Shown: in pieces, positions 49,352-59,561 of the stretch
Numbering within the stretch: the first letter of the stretch is position 1
How the letters are laid out: each line of letters starts with the position of its first letter
Origin: an uncultured Coprobacillus sp.
GTDB lineage: Bacteria > Bacillota_I > Bacilli_A > ML615J-28 > CAG-698
Reading direction: 5' to 3'
Length of the DNA stretch: 64,000 nucleotides
Assembly: GCA_964389905.1 (NCBI GenBank)
Contig: CAYMGD010000007.1
Span: 483-64,482, forward strand
Notes under the pieces: model-generated
Seen by the model: the letters and a program-made list of their open reading frames with translations, nothing else
Told to the model about the DNA's origin: nothing
Database searches by the model: none
Position numbers and translations under genes: made by a program

Positions 49352-50011
49352 TTACGACCTTCTTATAATTCGTGGTTTTATGACATTTGTGCCATTTTGG
49401 CCACATTTAACACATTTTACCATAAAGACATTTGAATAATCTTTATTACTATCATATACAAACTGTAATACTTTAACTTTCAAATGATATTTTTCCAAAA
49501 GAATAAGTACTTCACTAATTCTTGATGAAGTAAATAACATAAAAAAAGTCCCATTTAATTTTAAATTTCTCGAAGTTGTTGAGAGTAAGCCTTCTAAGGT
49601 GAAATTTCCTTCATGCTTAGCAAGTGATAAATACTCATTATGGGCTTTATTGTCTTCTTTAGTCTTAAAGTAAGGAGGATTACAAATCACTACATCAACC
49701 TCTTCTCCTGTATATGTCATTGCATCACTAACTTTTAGTTCATAATTATCTATGCCATTAAGCAACATATTCTTCTCGCAAAGTTCTATTGCCTTCTTAT
49801 TTATATCGATTCCAATTAGTTTTTTTGGTTTAAACATATTTGCATATAATAGTAGTGCCCCTGTATTTGTTCCTATATCCAAAACAACATCATTCTTATA
49901 AACTTCTAAAAATTCACCTAATACTTGCGTATCAGTATTAATTTTTATCATTTCATCGGATTGATATATTTTTAGTTCTGGATGATTGGGTAAGTAGTCT
50001 AAAGTAATCAT
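49352..50011 (-). CDS. SAM-dependent N6-adenine methyltransferase (tRNA m6A37 YfiC/TrmN6-like)
   Basis: DIGTNTGAL SAM motif and NPPYF catalytic motif. Confidence 0.75.
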   Translation of the reverse strand: MITLDYLPNHPELKIYQSDEMIKINTDTQVLGEFLEVYKNDVVLDIGTNTGALLLYANMFKPKKLIGIDINKKAIELCEKNMLLNGIDNYELKVSDAMTYTGEEVDVVICNPPYFKTKEDNKAHNEYLSLAKHEGNFTLEGLLSTTSRNLKLNGTFFMLFTSSRISEVLILLEKYHLKVKVLQFVYDSNKDYSNVFMVKCVKCGQNGTNVIKPRIIRRS

Positions 50012-50781
50012 TATAATTCATCTTCGTTTAAGACTAATACATTTACTATTTTAGTTTTAAAAGTATTGGCGTCTAAACAAATTATCCCTTCTTCATAATA
50101 TATTTGATTTAGTTCTTCAGAAAAATACTCTTTATCACTCAATTGGCCAAGGGATTTACCAAGATAAAATTTCCTAATATTTCCATTGATTGTATGCTTA
50201 TGTCCCACCACAATTGTCTTGCTTTTTTCTTTAACACCTTTAATATTTAAAGCAATTCCGTCGAGCCATCGGGCATTGTACCACTCATCAGAACTTGCAT
50301 TTCGCCAGTTTTTATTGTATTCATGGCCATCATTGCCAAAGTATGTTGGTATGTAGCCATGGGTAAAAATATAGTTTTCAGTTTCATAATAATCGAGAAG
50401 TTCTTCAAAAAGTTTAGCGATAAAAGTATTTTCATACTCTTTATAGTTATTAAACTTTAATATCTTTTTAAATTCTTCCCACGTATAAAAAGTTCCATTT
50501 TTGTGATCTATATCCTTAGGATATCCACGATAAACCAAATCTTCAAATAATTCTTCGTGATTTCCTTTTATTAATATTCTTCGCTCTTTTGGTAAGTTAT
50601 TAACATATTCTAAAATTTGATAAGATTGATTTCCTCTATCAATTAAATCCCCACAAGAAATTAATATATGATCTTGATTATTAATATCAAAACCAGACTT
50701 TTTTAAAGAATCTATAAAAATATCATAAAAGCCATGAACATCGGAAACAACAAAATATTTTTTCACATTCTTCCTCCTCAT
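50011..50781 (-). CDS. Metallophosphoesterase (Ser/Thr phosphatase-like)
   Basis: SDVHG, CGDLIDRG, GNHE, VGHKH motifs. Confidence 0.85.
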   Translation of the reverse strand: MRRKNVKKYFVVSDVHGFYDIFIDSLKKSGFDINNQDHILISCGDLIDRGNQSYQILEYVNNLPKERRILIKGNHEELFEDLVYRGYPKDIDHKNGTFYTWEEFKKILKFNNYKEYENTFIAKLFEELLDYYETENYIFTHGYIPTYFGNDGHEYNKNWRNASSDEWYNARWLDGIALNIKGVKEKSKTIVVGHKHTINGNIRKFYLGKSLGQLSDKEYFSEELNQIYYEEGIICLDANTFKTKIVNVLVLNEDEL

Positions 50782-50893
50782 ATGTTACTATTTTATTATA
50801 GCATATTTTTATTTATTCATCAATATATAGTTTGCGTGATTATAATTTAATTTAAAAAAAGACATTAAACTTATAGTTTAACGCCTTGTATTT

Positions 50894-52354
50894 TTATTCT
50901 TGATTTATTTCTTTGGGTTCTTTTTTACCTTTTATATAAACAAATGCTCCAATTGCCATTATTATAGCAAATACTATTAGGTAAGCAAGAACAGGACAAC
51001 TAAATTTACCTTCTTCTAAGCCTGCTTTAAATGGTGTAACACCATGCGTATATATTGTTGCGATAATCATAAATATGCAGCATAATATTGAAAGCGATGG
51101 TAAGATTACCCCTTTTAATACTCCTAAGTTTTTCTTTTCTTTAACAATCATCATTACAAAGATTGGAATATATAAGCCATATGTAGTGATTGTTGGTAGT
51201 TCCGAACTATCGAATGAGAAGAATCCTAAAGATGCTTCTGATGAAAGATTAGCAAGGAAGAAATATGCATACCATAAGCCACAGAATAACAATCCTAAAA
51301 CACTTGAATTTGTAGGCATATTTGTATTAGGATCAACATTTTTAAGTACTTTGGAATGTGTTCCTAAATCTCTACTTGCAATAGCATATAAACCTCTTGA
51401 ACATCCAAGCATTAATCCATTAAGTGTTCCAAGACATGATATTACAACAAAAACGTTTAGAATTGTACCAAAAATATCTCCAAATATTTGTAAGAAAGCA
51501 TAAGCAGCGCCACCTTTTTGAAGAACACTTATAGTTGCACCACCTGCCACACCAATGTAATAGAAAACATATACACATACAATAATAACTGAACCAATTA
51601 ACAAAGCTATTGGTAAATTTTTCTTAGAATTTTTTAATTCAGCATTAATAGATGTTGCAACAATCCATCCTTCATAAGCAAATGCTGTAGCTACAACAGC
51701 AGCGAACAAAACACTGAAACCCGATGAACCGACGTTTTTAAAGTTTGTAACTAAAATTTGCATTTGCGTTACACCATCTTTTACTACTTCACCATTAACT
51801 ACTTTATAACTAACTGCCACTTTAAATAAACCATATACAGTTCCAATTACGGCCATTAATAATAAAGGAATTAGTTTTATAATGGTTGTGGAAACTTGGA
51901 TTTTTCCAGCAAGTTTTGGAGCAATAGAATTTAAAGTAAACGATGCAATTAGAAATACTGCTCCTAATGTCATTACTTCTGAAGAAGTCATATTCCAACC
52001 TAACAACTCACCTAAATATCTAGCACTTAACCATGCTAAAACACTTGTCAATGTTGGATAATAAATAAGAGATAAAAACCAGCCGACGTGATAAGCATAC
52101 CCTTTACCGACGGTAACTTCTGCGTAATCTACTATTCCATTTACTTTCTCATACTTTGTTGCCATAACTGCAAAAGTGCACGCACAGACTAACATAATAA
52201 TACCACCAATAATCCAGGCAATAATTCCTAAAGTCATATTCCCGCCAGTGATATTGAGAATGTTTTGAGCTTTAAAGAATACACCAGAGCCAATAACAAT
52301 TCCAACTACCATGCAAATTGCTGTGAAAAGACCATACTTTTTTTCAAGCTTCAT
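50894..52354 (-). CDS. APC-family amino acid permease
   Basis: 486 aa, about 12 TM segments, N-terminal GSGVFFK motif. Confidence 0.85.
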   Translation of the reverse strand: MKLEKKYGLFTAICMVVGIVIGSGVFFKAQNILNITGGNMTLGIIAWIIGGIIMLVCACTFAVMATKYEKVNGIVDYAEVTVGKGYAYHVGWFLSLIYYPTLTSVLAWLSARYLGELLGWNMTSSEVMTLGAVFLIASFTLNSIAPKLAGKIQVSTTIIKLIPLLLMAVIGTVYGLFKVAVSYKVVNGEVVKDGVTQMQILVTNFKNVGSSGFSVLFAAVVATAFAYEGWIVATSINAELKNSKKNLPIALLIGSVIIVCVYVFYYIGVAGGATISVLQKGGAAYAFLQIFGDIFGTILNVFVVISCLGTLNGLMLGCSRGLYAIASRDLGTHSKVLKNVDPNTNMPTNSSVLGLLFCGLWYAYFFLANLSSEASLGFFSFDSSELPTITTYGLYIPIFVMMIVKEKKNLGVLKGVILPSLSILCCIFMIIATIYTHGVTPFKAGLEEGKFSCPVLAYLIVFAIIMAIGAFVYIKGKKEPKEINQE

Positions 52355-52374
52355 TTTTTACCTCCATTCAATAT

Positions 52375-53592
52375 TTATAATTTTCTTAATATATTGTAAA
52401 GATGATAATAAATCATCATTACTGCTTTTTCTCTAATAACATTTCTTTGTGTTCCAAACAAACAAGTTTTTGAAAAAACTTTATCGTTAACACAAATTGC
52501 AAAGCAAATAGTTCCTACTGGTTTATCCTTTGTTCCGCCTGTTGGACCAGCATAACCAGTTACACCACATCCTACTTCCACTTTAGCAAATTCTTTTATT
52601 CCTTTAGCCATTTCAATAGCTACTTCTTCTGAAACAACATCATACTTCGCAATTGTTTCTTCTTTGACATGCAACAATTCGATTTTAGATTCATTGCTAT
52701 ATGTTACTAAACTTTCATCAATAACCGAACTTGCTCCTGCTGTGTTAATTAACTTTCCAGCCAATAACCCTCCAGTACAACTTTCACTAAAACTGATATG
52801 ATAATTTAATCTCTTTAGTTCTTGATATACCTTATCTTCAATAGTTTCATTGTTTTCACTAACAATATATTCATTTAGAATATCTTTAAACTCAACATAT
52901 GCCTTAGTAAATTCATCTTTATAATCTTCAAAGGAAGTTATTTGATATCTTACTCTTCCGATAGAAGCATAAGGATTAATCTCCACATGAGGATATTTTT
53001 TATAATAATCTTTTAAAATATCTTCAACTTGTGATTCACCCGTTCCCATAACAATATATTCTTTGACTAATTTTTGATTCTTTACTTTTGTTTTAAGTAA
53101 AGGAATAAGATAATTATTAACCATTGGTTTAAGTTCAAATGGTGGACCGACAAGAACAGTATACATCTTGCCCTCAAACTCATTATATGCTCCCATAGCT
53201 GTTCCTTTATCATTAGGAAGCAAATGAGCGTCCTTAGGATATAATGTTTGTTTCATATTGCAATCAGTAAACTTACCATTAAAATATTTATATAGAAGGT
53301 CAAGAGGCTCTTGTCTTTGAACCATTTCAAGGCCTAAATTTTCATATAAAACTTCTTTTGTAAAATCATCATGAGTAGGACCTAAACCACCAGTAGTGAT
53401 AAGATAATCAATATTTGATTTTCTAAAGATATTAATCTCATTATTTAAATCTTCTTTATCGTCTCCAATTGTAATAACTTTTACAACTTCAATACCAATT
53501 TTCTCAAGTTCAATGGCTAAAAAAGAGGCATTTGTGTTAATGACTTTCCCACAAAGCACTTCATCGCCAACATTTAATAGTTCTGCTCTCAT
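52375..53592 (-). CDS. cinA: Competence/damage-inducible protein CinA (MoCF + PncC-type deamidase)
   Basis: AELLNVGDEVLCGKVINTNA, TTGGLGPTHDD, C-terminal SESCTGG. Confidence 0.9.
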   Translation of the reverse strand: MRAELLNVGDEVLCGKVINTNASFLAIELEKIGIEVVKVITIGDDKEDLNNEINIFRKSNIDYLITTGGLGPTHDDFTKEVLYENLGLEMVQRQEPLDLLYKYFNGKFTDCNMKQTLYPKDAHLLPNDKGTAMGAYNEFEGKMYTVLVGPPFELKPMVNNYLIPLLKTKVKNQKLVKEYIVMGTGESQVEDILKDYYKKYPHVEINPYASIGRVRYQITSFEDYKDEFTKAYVEFKDILNEYIVSENNETIEDKVYQELKRLNYHISFSESCTGGLLAGKLINTAGASSVIDESLVTYSNESKIELLHVKEETIAKYDVVSEEVAIEMAKGIKEFAKVEVGCGVTGYAGPTGGTKDKPVGTICFAICVNDKVFSKTCLFGTQRNVIREKAVMMIYYHLYNILRKL

Positions 53593-54686
53593 ACGTTAAA
53601 CCTAAAGAGTACAATGTCACCATCTTGGAAAACATACTCTTTTCCTTCACTACGCATTTTTCCTGCTTCTTTGGCTTTAAGCATTGATCCATATTCTTCA
53701 AAATCAGCATAAGCAATTACTTCAGCACGAATAAAGCCTTTTTCGAAGTCTGAATGAATGATACCTGCACATTCAGGGGCTTTCATTCCTTTCTTAAATG
53801 TCCATGCCCGACACTCTTTTTCACCAGCTGTAAAATATGTTGCTAATCCTAATAAATCATAGGCTTCTGTCACAAGTTTATCTAAACCAACTTCCGTGAT
53901 GCCAAAATCACTCAAAAACATTTCTTTTTCTTCATCACTTAATTCAGATAGTTCTTCTTCTATTTTAGAACAAATCTTAATACATTTTGTATTTGTTTTT
54001 TGCGAGTATTCTTTAACTCTTAAAACATATTCATTGTCTTCATTAATATCATCTTCTGAAACATTCATAATATAAATCATCGGTTTTTCAGACAAGAAAT
54101 TATAATTTTTAATTGTAGCCTTTTCTTCTTTAGTAAGTTTAAGATCGCGAATTGATATACCCTCTTTCAAAGCTTCTTCGGCTTTTTTTAGAACGTTAAA
54201 CTCTAGAACAGCATCTTTATCAACCTTAAGTTGGGCTTTCTTTTCAATCTTGCCAATGCGTTTTTCAATAACATCTAAATCAGCATATATTAATTCTAAA
54301 TTTATTGTTTCAATATCAAAAATAGGATCAATTTTACCATTAACATGTACAATGTCAGGATTATCAAAACATCTCACCACATGACATATCGCATCCACAT
54401 CACGTATATGTGATAAAAATTGATTTCCTAAACCTTCGCCTAAGCTTGCACCCTTAACTAGACCTGCAATATCAGTAAAAGAAAAAGATGTATATACAGT
54501 ACTTTTTGGATGAATAACCTCCACAAGTTTTTTTAGTCTTGGATCTTTTATTTCGACGAAACCAACATTTGGTTCGATTGTGGCAAAAGGATAGTTTGCG
54601 CTAAGAGCTTTTGACTTTGTTATTGCATTAAATAAAGTTGACTTTCCCACGTTAGGTAAACCAACTATTCCAGCTGTTAATCCCAT
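53589..54686 (-). CDS. ychF: Redox-regulated ATPase YchF
   Basis: GIVGLPNVGKSTLFNA, DIAGLVKGAS, C-terminal TGS-like domain. Confidence 0.95.
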   Translation of the reverse strand: MGLTAGIVGLPNVGKSTLFNAITKSKALSANYPFATIEPNVGFVEIKDPRLKKLVEVIHPKSTVYTSFSFTDIAGLVKGASLGEGLGNQFLSHIRDVDAICHVVRCFDNPDIVHVNGKIDPIFDIETINLELIYADLDVIEKRIGKIEKKAQLKVDKDAVLEFNVLKKAEEALKEGISIRDLKLTKEEKATIKNYNFLSEKPMIYIMNVSEDDINEDNEYVLRVKEYSQKTNTKCIKICSKIEEELSELSDEEKEMFLSDFGITEVGLDKLVTEAYDLLGLATYFTAGEKECRAWTFKKGMKAPECAGIIHSDFEKGFIRAEVIAYADFEEYGSMLKAKEAGKMRSEGKEYVFQDGDIVLFRFNV

Positions 54687-54792
54687 AATTCACCTCATAT
54701 AAATATTAAAAATTCTATTTTCAACTATTTTACCACTTTTAGGCTTTTTTTTCAATATTTGATAGAGATATCAATGAATAAATTTTTAAATA

Positions 54793-55710
54793 ATGGAAAA
54801 AATAGTTATAATGATGGAGGTAGAAAAAGTGAATAACATTAATAACGAAAATATCAATGATAATTTTATTAAAGCTAAAAAAAATATTGGGATATGCAAT
54901 TTATCTAATGCTTTTAAATATACAATTTATGGTCCTAATGCTGTTGATTTATTAAATAAATTCTCTGTTAGGAAAGTTAATGATATCAAAGAAAAATCAT
55001 TTATGACAATTCTTATGAAAAAGAAAAAATACATTTGCGAGTGTCAAATTATTAGACTTTCGCCACTAAAATATCTTATTTTAACATTTGAAGACAATAA
55101 TCTTTTTAAACTTTTAAAAAAGTATTCTCGAAAGTTCCCACTTGTTACAGTTGATAACTCCGACAAACTTTATTCGTTCTTTTCATTTCATGGTGACACA
55201 ATCTATGAATACTTTAAAAAGAATACATCTGCTAGTTTATATCCAGTTAATCGCCAAGGATATATCTACTATACACTTCTTACAACTTCAGTAAATAAAT
55301 TTGCTGTTTTAGATCACTTTAAGTCATTAGGCTTTATTGAAATAAATCCTTATGTTAGAAATATCTTTATGTATAATAATAATGTTATAACAGATTTAAA
55401 TAAAATTATAAAGAAATATCGTTTAAATATTTATTCTTATTTATATAAAGCAGATAATTTGTCTTTTAAAAAACCTAAAAAAATTTATTGTGTTAAACAA
55501 TTTGAAACAACTCATAATTTAGTTTTAAGCAATATGCCTATTTATAACCATAAGAGACGAAAAATAGGATATATTCATAACTTTTATCGTTTACCAAATA
55601 AAAAGAATCCTTTTATATTAGGAATTGTGAAAAGAAATAAAATAGATAAAATTGCCATCTTAAAATACAATAAAAATGAAATATTAATCAAAGATTACTT
55701 GTCACACTAG
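54793..55710 (+). CDS. Hypothetical protein (weak GcvT/YgfZ-like folate-binding resemblance)
   Basis: Intact 305-aa ORF. Only a loose similarity near YGPNAVDLLNKF. Start uncertain. Confidence 0.4.
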   Translation: MEKIVIMMEVEKVNNINNENINDNFIKAKKNIGICNLSNAFKYTIYGPNAVDLLNKFSVRKVNDIKEKSFMTILMKKKKYICECQIIRLSPLKYLILTFEDNNLFKLLKKYSRKFPLVTVDNSDKLYSFFSFHGDTIYEYFKKNTSASLYPVNRQGYIYYTLLTTSVNKFAVLDHFKSLGFIEINPYVRNIFMYNNNVITDLNKIIKKYRLNIYSYLYKADNLSFKKPKKIYCVKQFETTHNLVLSNMPIYNHKRRKIGYIHNFYRLPNKKNPFILGIVKRNKIDKIAILKYNKNEILIKDYLSH

Positions 55711-55713
55711 TTT

Positions 55714-57645
55714 ATGAAAAAGAAAAGATTTTTTAATATTCTCTTAAAAATTACTAAATATACCTTTATTATATTTATCTTGTTATTCACAGTTTTATTT
55801 ATCTCTTTGTTTATTTATTCACGTAACATAGATTATTATATGCCAGAAGTTGTTGAAGTAGAAATATATGATAGTAGTAATAATCTATTATATAAAAAAA
55901 ACAATACTTCAAATCAAAATTATGTTTTCATTGAAAACATTAATACTAATGTAATTAATGCCTTTTTAGCAATCGAAGATAAAGATTTTTATTCTCATCA
56001 AGGAATAAATTTTAAAAGGATTTTAGGAGCTTTGATAACTGATTTAAAGAATGGTAGTTTTGATCAAGGTGCTTCAACAATTACTCAACAATACGTGAAA
56101 AATACTTTTTTAACATCCGAAAAAACTTTCAAACGTAAAATTAAAGAAGCCCTTATCTCTATTAATATAGAATCAAAATACACCAAAAATGAAATATTAG
56201 AAGGATATCTAAATACAATTTACTTTGACCATGGTATATATGGAATATATGATGCATCACTTTTCTATTTCAATAAAGAACCTATTGATTTATCAATTAA
56301 CGAAGCTGCTATTCTTGCTAGCATTCCTAAATCTCCTAGCAATTACTCACCAATAAAAAACCCTGAAAACAACAACCAAAGAAGAAAACTTGTTTTAGGA
56401 GAACTTCTTAGTGATGGCAAAATCACTCAAGAAGAATATGATAATTGTATTAATGAAAATATTACTATTTATGGAAAGTTAGACCGCACAAAAATTAGTA
56501 ATGCTCCTTATTATATTGATACTGTTTTATCACAACTCAACTCCTTAGATGAATATAAAGAACTCGATAAAAGCAAAGGTATAAAAATATATACCAATAT
56601 TGATAAGAAAATAAATAATCTCATTGAAGAAGCCATTACAAAATATAAAGATAATAATGAAATAGAAATTGCTATTGTAGCAATGGATACAGAAGGGAAA
56701 GTCTTAGCTAGCGTTGGTGGAAGCGACTACCTCAAGTCATCTTACAACCGCACATCAGCACTGCGTCAACCAGGCTCAACAATTAAAACATTTCTTTATT
56801 ATTCAGCCTTAAAAAATGGTTTTAATGTTTCCTCAACCTTTTATAGTGCTCCAACTACTTTTTACTATAAAGGTGAAGAATACTCTCCCCAAAATTACAA
56901 CAATATTTATCCTTATACCGATGTTACAATGGCTTATGCCATTGCCACAAGCGATAACATTTACGCTATGAAAACTCACCTTTTCTTAGGTGTTGATAAC
57001 CTATACCAAACGTTAAAAGATTTTGGTTTTAGTTCTAAAATATCCGCAAATCCTTCTTTAGCCTTAGGCACAAGTGAAGTAACTCTGAATGAGTTAACTC
57101 TAGGTTATGCAAAAATAGCGAGTTTAGGACAAAATGTTACTAGTCATTACATTAATAAAATAACTGATTTAAACGATAACACTTTATATATAAATAAAAC
57201 TGATACAAAACAAACATATGATCGAACTACTTGTTACTTGCTTTCAGAAGCTTTAACAAATGTATTTGATAATAATCTTAGAATAAACATAAGTCCAACT
57301 TGTGTTTCAATTAATCAAATGCTTACAAGCAAATTTTCAGCAAAATCAGGTTCTACTGATTATGATAATTTAATTGTCGGTTACAATAAAGATATTGTTT
57401 TAGGTATTTGGACTGGTTATGATGATAATCGTAAACTAACCTCTTCGGAAGGAAAATATATCAAATACATATGGGCCTATGTAATGGAAAACTACACAAA
57501 AGGAAATAGTAATACTTGGTATACTACTCCCAGTGATGTCTTAGCAATTAAATTAAATCCCATAACTGGTTCTATTGGTATGTATAATGAATATCAGAAG
57601 TTTATGTATTATGATATAAATAATTTACCAGAATATTTTTATTAG
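55714..57645 (+). CDS. PBP1A-family bifunctional transglycosylase/transpeptidase
   Basis: GT51 motifs (EDKDFYSHQGI, GASTITQQ). Transpeptidase motifs STIK, SDN, KSGS. N-terminal TM anchor. Confidence 0.9.
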   Translation: MKKKRFFNILLKITKYTFIIFILLFTVLFISLFIYSRNIDYYMPEVVEVEIYDSSNNLLYKKNNTSNQNYVFIENINTNVINAFLAIEDKDFYSHQGINFKRILGALITDLKNGSFDQGASTITQQYVKNTFLTSEKTFKRKIKEALISINIESKYTKNEILEGYLNTIYFDHGIYGIYDASLFYFNKEPIDLSINEAAILASIPKSPSNYSPIKNPENNNQRRKLVLGELLSDGKITQEEYDNCINENITIYGKLDRTKISNAPYYIDTVLSQLNSLDEYKELDKSKGIKIYTNIDKKINNLIEEAITKYKDNNEIEIAIVAMDTEGKVLASVGGSDYLKSSYNRTSALRQPGSTIKTFLYYSALKNGFNVSSTFYSAPTTFYYKGEEYSPQNYNNIYPYTDVTMAYAIATSDNIYAMKTHLFLGVDNLYQTLKDFGFSSKISANPSLALGTSEVTLNELTLGYAKIASLGQNVTSHYINKITDLNDNTLYINKTDTKQTYDRTTCYLLSEALTNVFDNNLRINISPTCVSINQMLTSKFSAKSGSTDYDNLIVGYNKDIVLGIWTGYDDNRKLTSSEGKYIKYIWAYVMENYTKGNSNTWYTTPSDVLAIKLNPITGSIGMYNEYQKFMYYDINNLPEYFY

Positions 57646-57682
57646 TTATACTAAAGTTTCTCATAAAAGAATATGAATAAAG

Positions 57683-57722
57683 TGACTATGCCAAACAAAT
57701 AACTGACAAGTCACTTTTTATT
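57683..57722 (+). terminator. Possible terminator after the PBP gene
   Basis: AAAGTGACT-n21-AGTCACTTT followed by TTATTTT. The large loop makes this tentative. Confidence 0.35.
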
Positions 57723-58444
57723 TTATACCTCTTTTTTTACTTTAGTAATTAACTCTTCAATTGAAGGTAATTCATTTTGCAAGTTTTCAGGTAAATAATC
57801 TTTAATTCTATAACTACTTGCTCCCACTAGTTTATTCATATCTCTTAGAGTGTATTCAGCAACAACATTATTTTTATGGCTACATAATAGTAAATTTGTA
57901 ATGTTACTTATTAAAGATTCTTCTAAATCCTTTTCTTGAGCATCTTCTTTTAGTTCTATAAAATCAAAAACATACAGATCTTTCATCGTCTGCATAGCAA
58001 GTTCATTTTGAGGAATAGGGAGTTTTGTTCTATTTTTCTAGAATACAAATTAGTATCAATTTGATGAGCTAATACATTTACTGACCACCCATTTTCAATA
58101 GTTTTATTAATATACCATAATCTTTGTTCTATAGATTCTATACGTAAAATTTCCAAATTATGACTCCACGGAATTTGGGCAGACGGCGTCTAGCCAATTT
58201 CAACATCAGAATATTCTCAATTTGAAACAGAAAAGCCTTTAGCGGTTGGAAATTCGTTTGTAATCTCTGATGATAGCCTACTTAAAAATTTACTTCCCCA
58301 AGTACTATTTTCACTAATATCTTTACCAATGTTCCAATATAGAATTGACATTTCTTTATTAGCATTTAAAATTGCTTTATGTTGTGCACTTCTAATTTGC
58401 TCTTTAATAGTTTCTGCTACTAATATATAACTTTCTTCTATCAT
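57723..58444 (-). pseudogene. Decayed DUF1016/YhcG-type PD-(D/E)xK nuclease gene
   Basis: The N-terminal fragment (58444-58217) ends GFSVSN*. The same frame then reads EYSDVEIG*TPSAQIPWSHNLEIL...NGWSVNVLAHQIDTNLYSR, with two in-frame stops, followed by a frameshift into ORF 57995-57723. The nuclease core is missing between NLLL and CSHKNNVVAEYTLRD. Confidence 0.8.
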
Positions 58445-58700
58445 TACTAATCCTCCTATATTACTTCAAGATAGCTTGTATTTTTATATTCTTACGCTCA
58501 CTTTAAAGTAATATAAATATGTTTTTTATTTTCTTATAAAGTTCAATCAATTAGCATAGATGCTTAATCTACTTGCGTATTTTTAACACGCTATTTTACT
58601 ATTATTTATATACTCATAGGTTAATTTTACATTATATTTAAGTTGTGATCAAGAAGAAATCTAACATTATTATGCAAAATAAAAGAGCATAACCATAAGG

Positions 58701-59552
58701 TTACACTGCTTTTTCTTCTACTTCATCTAAAACTTTATTTGTTACTTTAAGAATATTTTCTATGTCATATATAGGAATTAAAATTTGATAATCACTTCCT
58801 AAAGTATTGAATTCTAAAGTATACCAAGTTTTATAGATAAATATTCCCATATTGTTAGTTTTTATCTTGTATTTTTTGTATTCACCTTTATTAAAAGGCT
58901 CCTTTTTGTTCCAACCAACGCAAGTCATTTTACCTTCTTGTTTTTTTATTTTTATTTCCTCAAGTGGGACTTCTAAAACCGTTTCATAATCTGTAAAACA
59001 CAAACTATTATTTTGTACATATATATCACTAGCAATTGCCACATAATCCATATATTTATTAACTGGTTTCTTGAGTCCATTAACTAATTTATAAACGCAC
59101 GTTAGCACATCAACTGAAGTAGTTTCATCAGGGACTTTTAAATCTTTCTGACACATTTGTCCTAAATTATTTATTTCATCTATGAAAGATTTTACTTCTT
59201 CACTTTCACTTACTTTATTAGCTTTTTTCTTATCTAATAATACTAAGACAAATATACCTACAAAGTCTAAAACGATAATTAAAGCTAAATACCAGTCTTT
59301 TTTTAAAAATTCTTTAAATGATAATTCTTTAAGTAAACTTAAAGCAATCATCAAAAGAATTAATGCAATAAGCCACAAAGCAACTTTAAGAGCTCCGCTT
59401 AATTTACTTGGAGCACTTTTTTCTTCATAATCTTCTAATGTCTTGCTTTTTTCTTTTCGTTGTTGCAAAAGTTCTGGTGATAATCTGCGTGTTATTAGTT
59501 CATCGCCATCTAGTTTATTATTTTTTTCGTTTATTGCAAAAACATTTTTCAT
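58701..59552 (-). CDS. Membrane protein, unknown function
   Basis: 283 aa with two central TM segments and soluble N- and C-terminal regions. Confidence 0.5.
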   Translation of the reverse strand: MKNVFAINEKNNKLDGDELITRRLSPELLQQRKEKSKTLEDYEEKSAPSKLSGALKVALWLIALILLMIALSLLKELSFKEFLKKDWYLALIIVLDFVGIFVLVLLDKKKANKVSESEEVKSFIDEINNLGQMCQKDLKVPDETTSVDVLTCVYKLVNGLKKPVNKYMDYVAIASDIYVQNNSLCFTDYETVLEVPLEEIKIKKQEGKMTCVGWNKKEPFNKGEYKKYKIKTNNMGIFIYKTWYTLEFNTLGSDYQILIPIYDIENILKVTNKVLDEVEEKAV

Positions 59553-59561
59553 ATTTAACCT

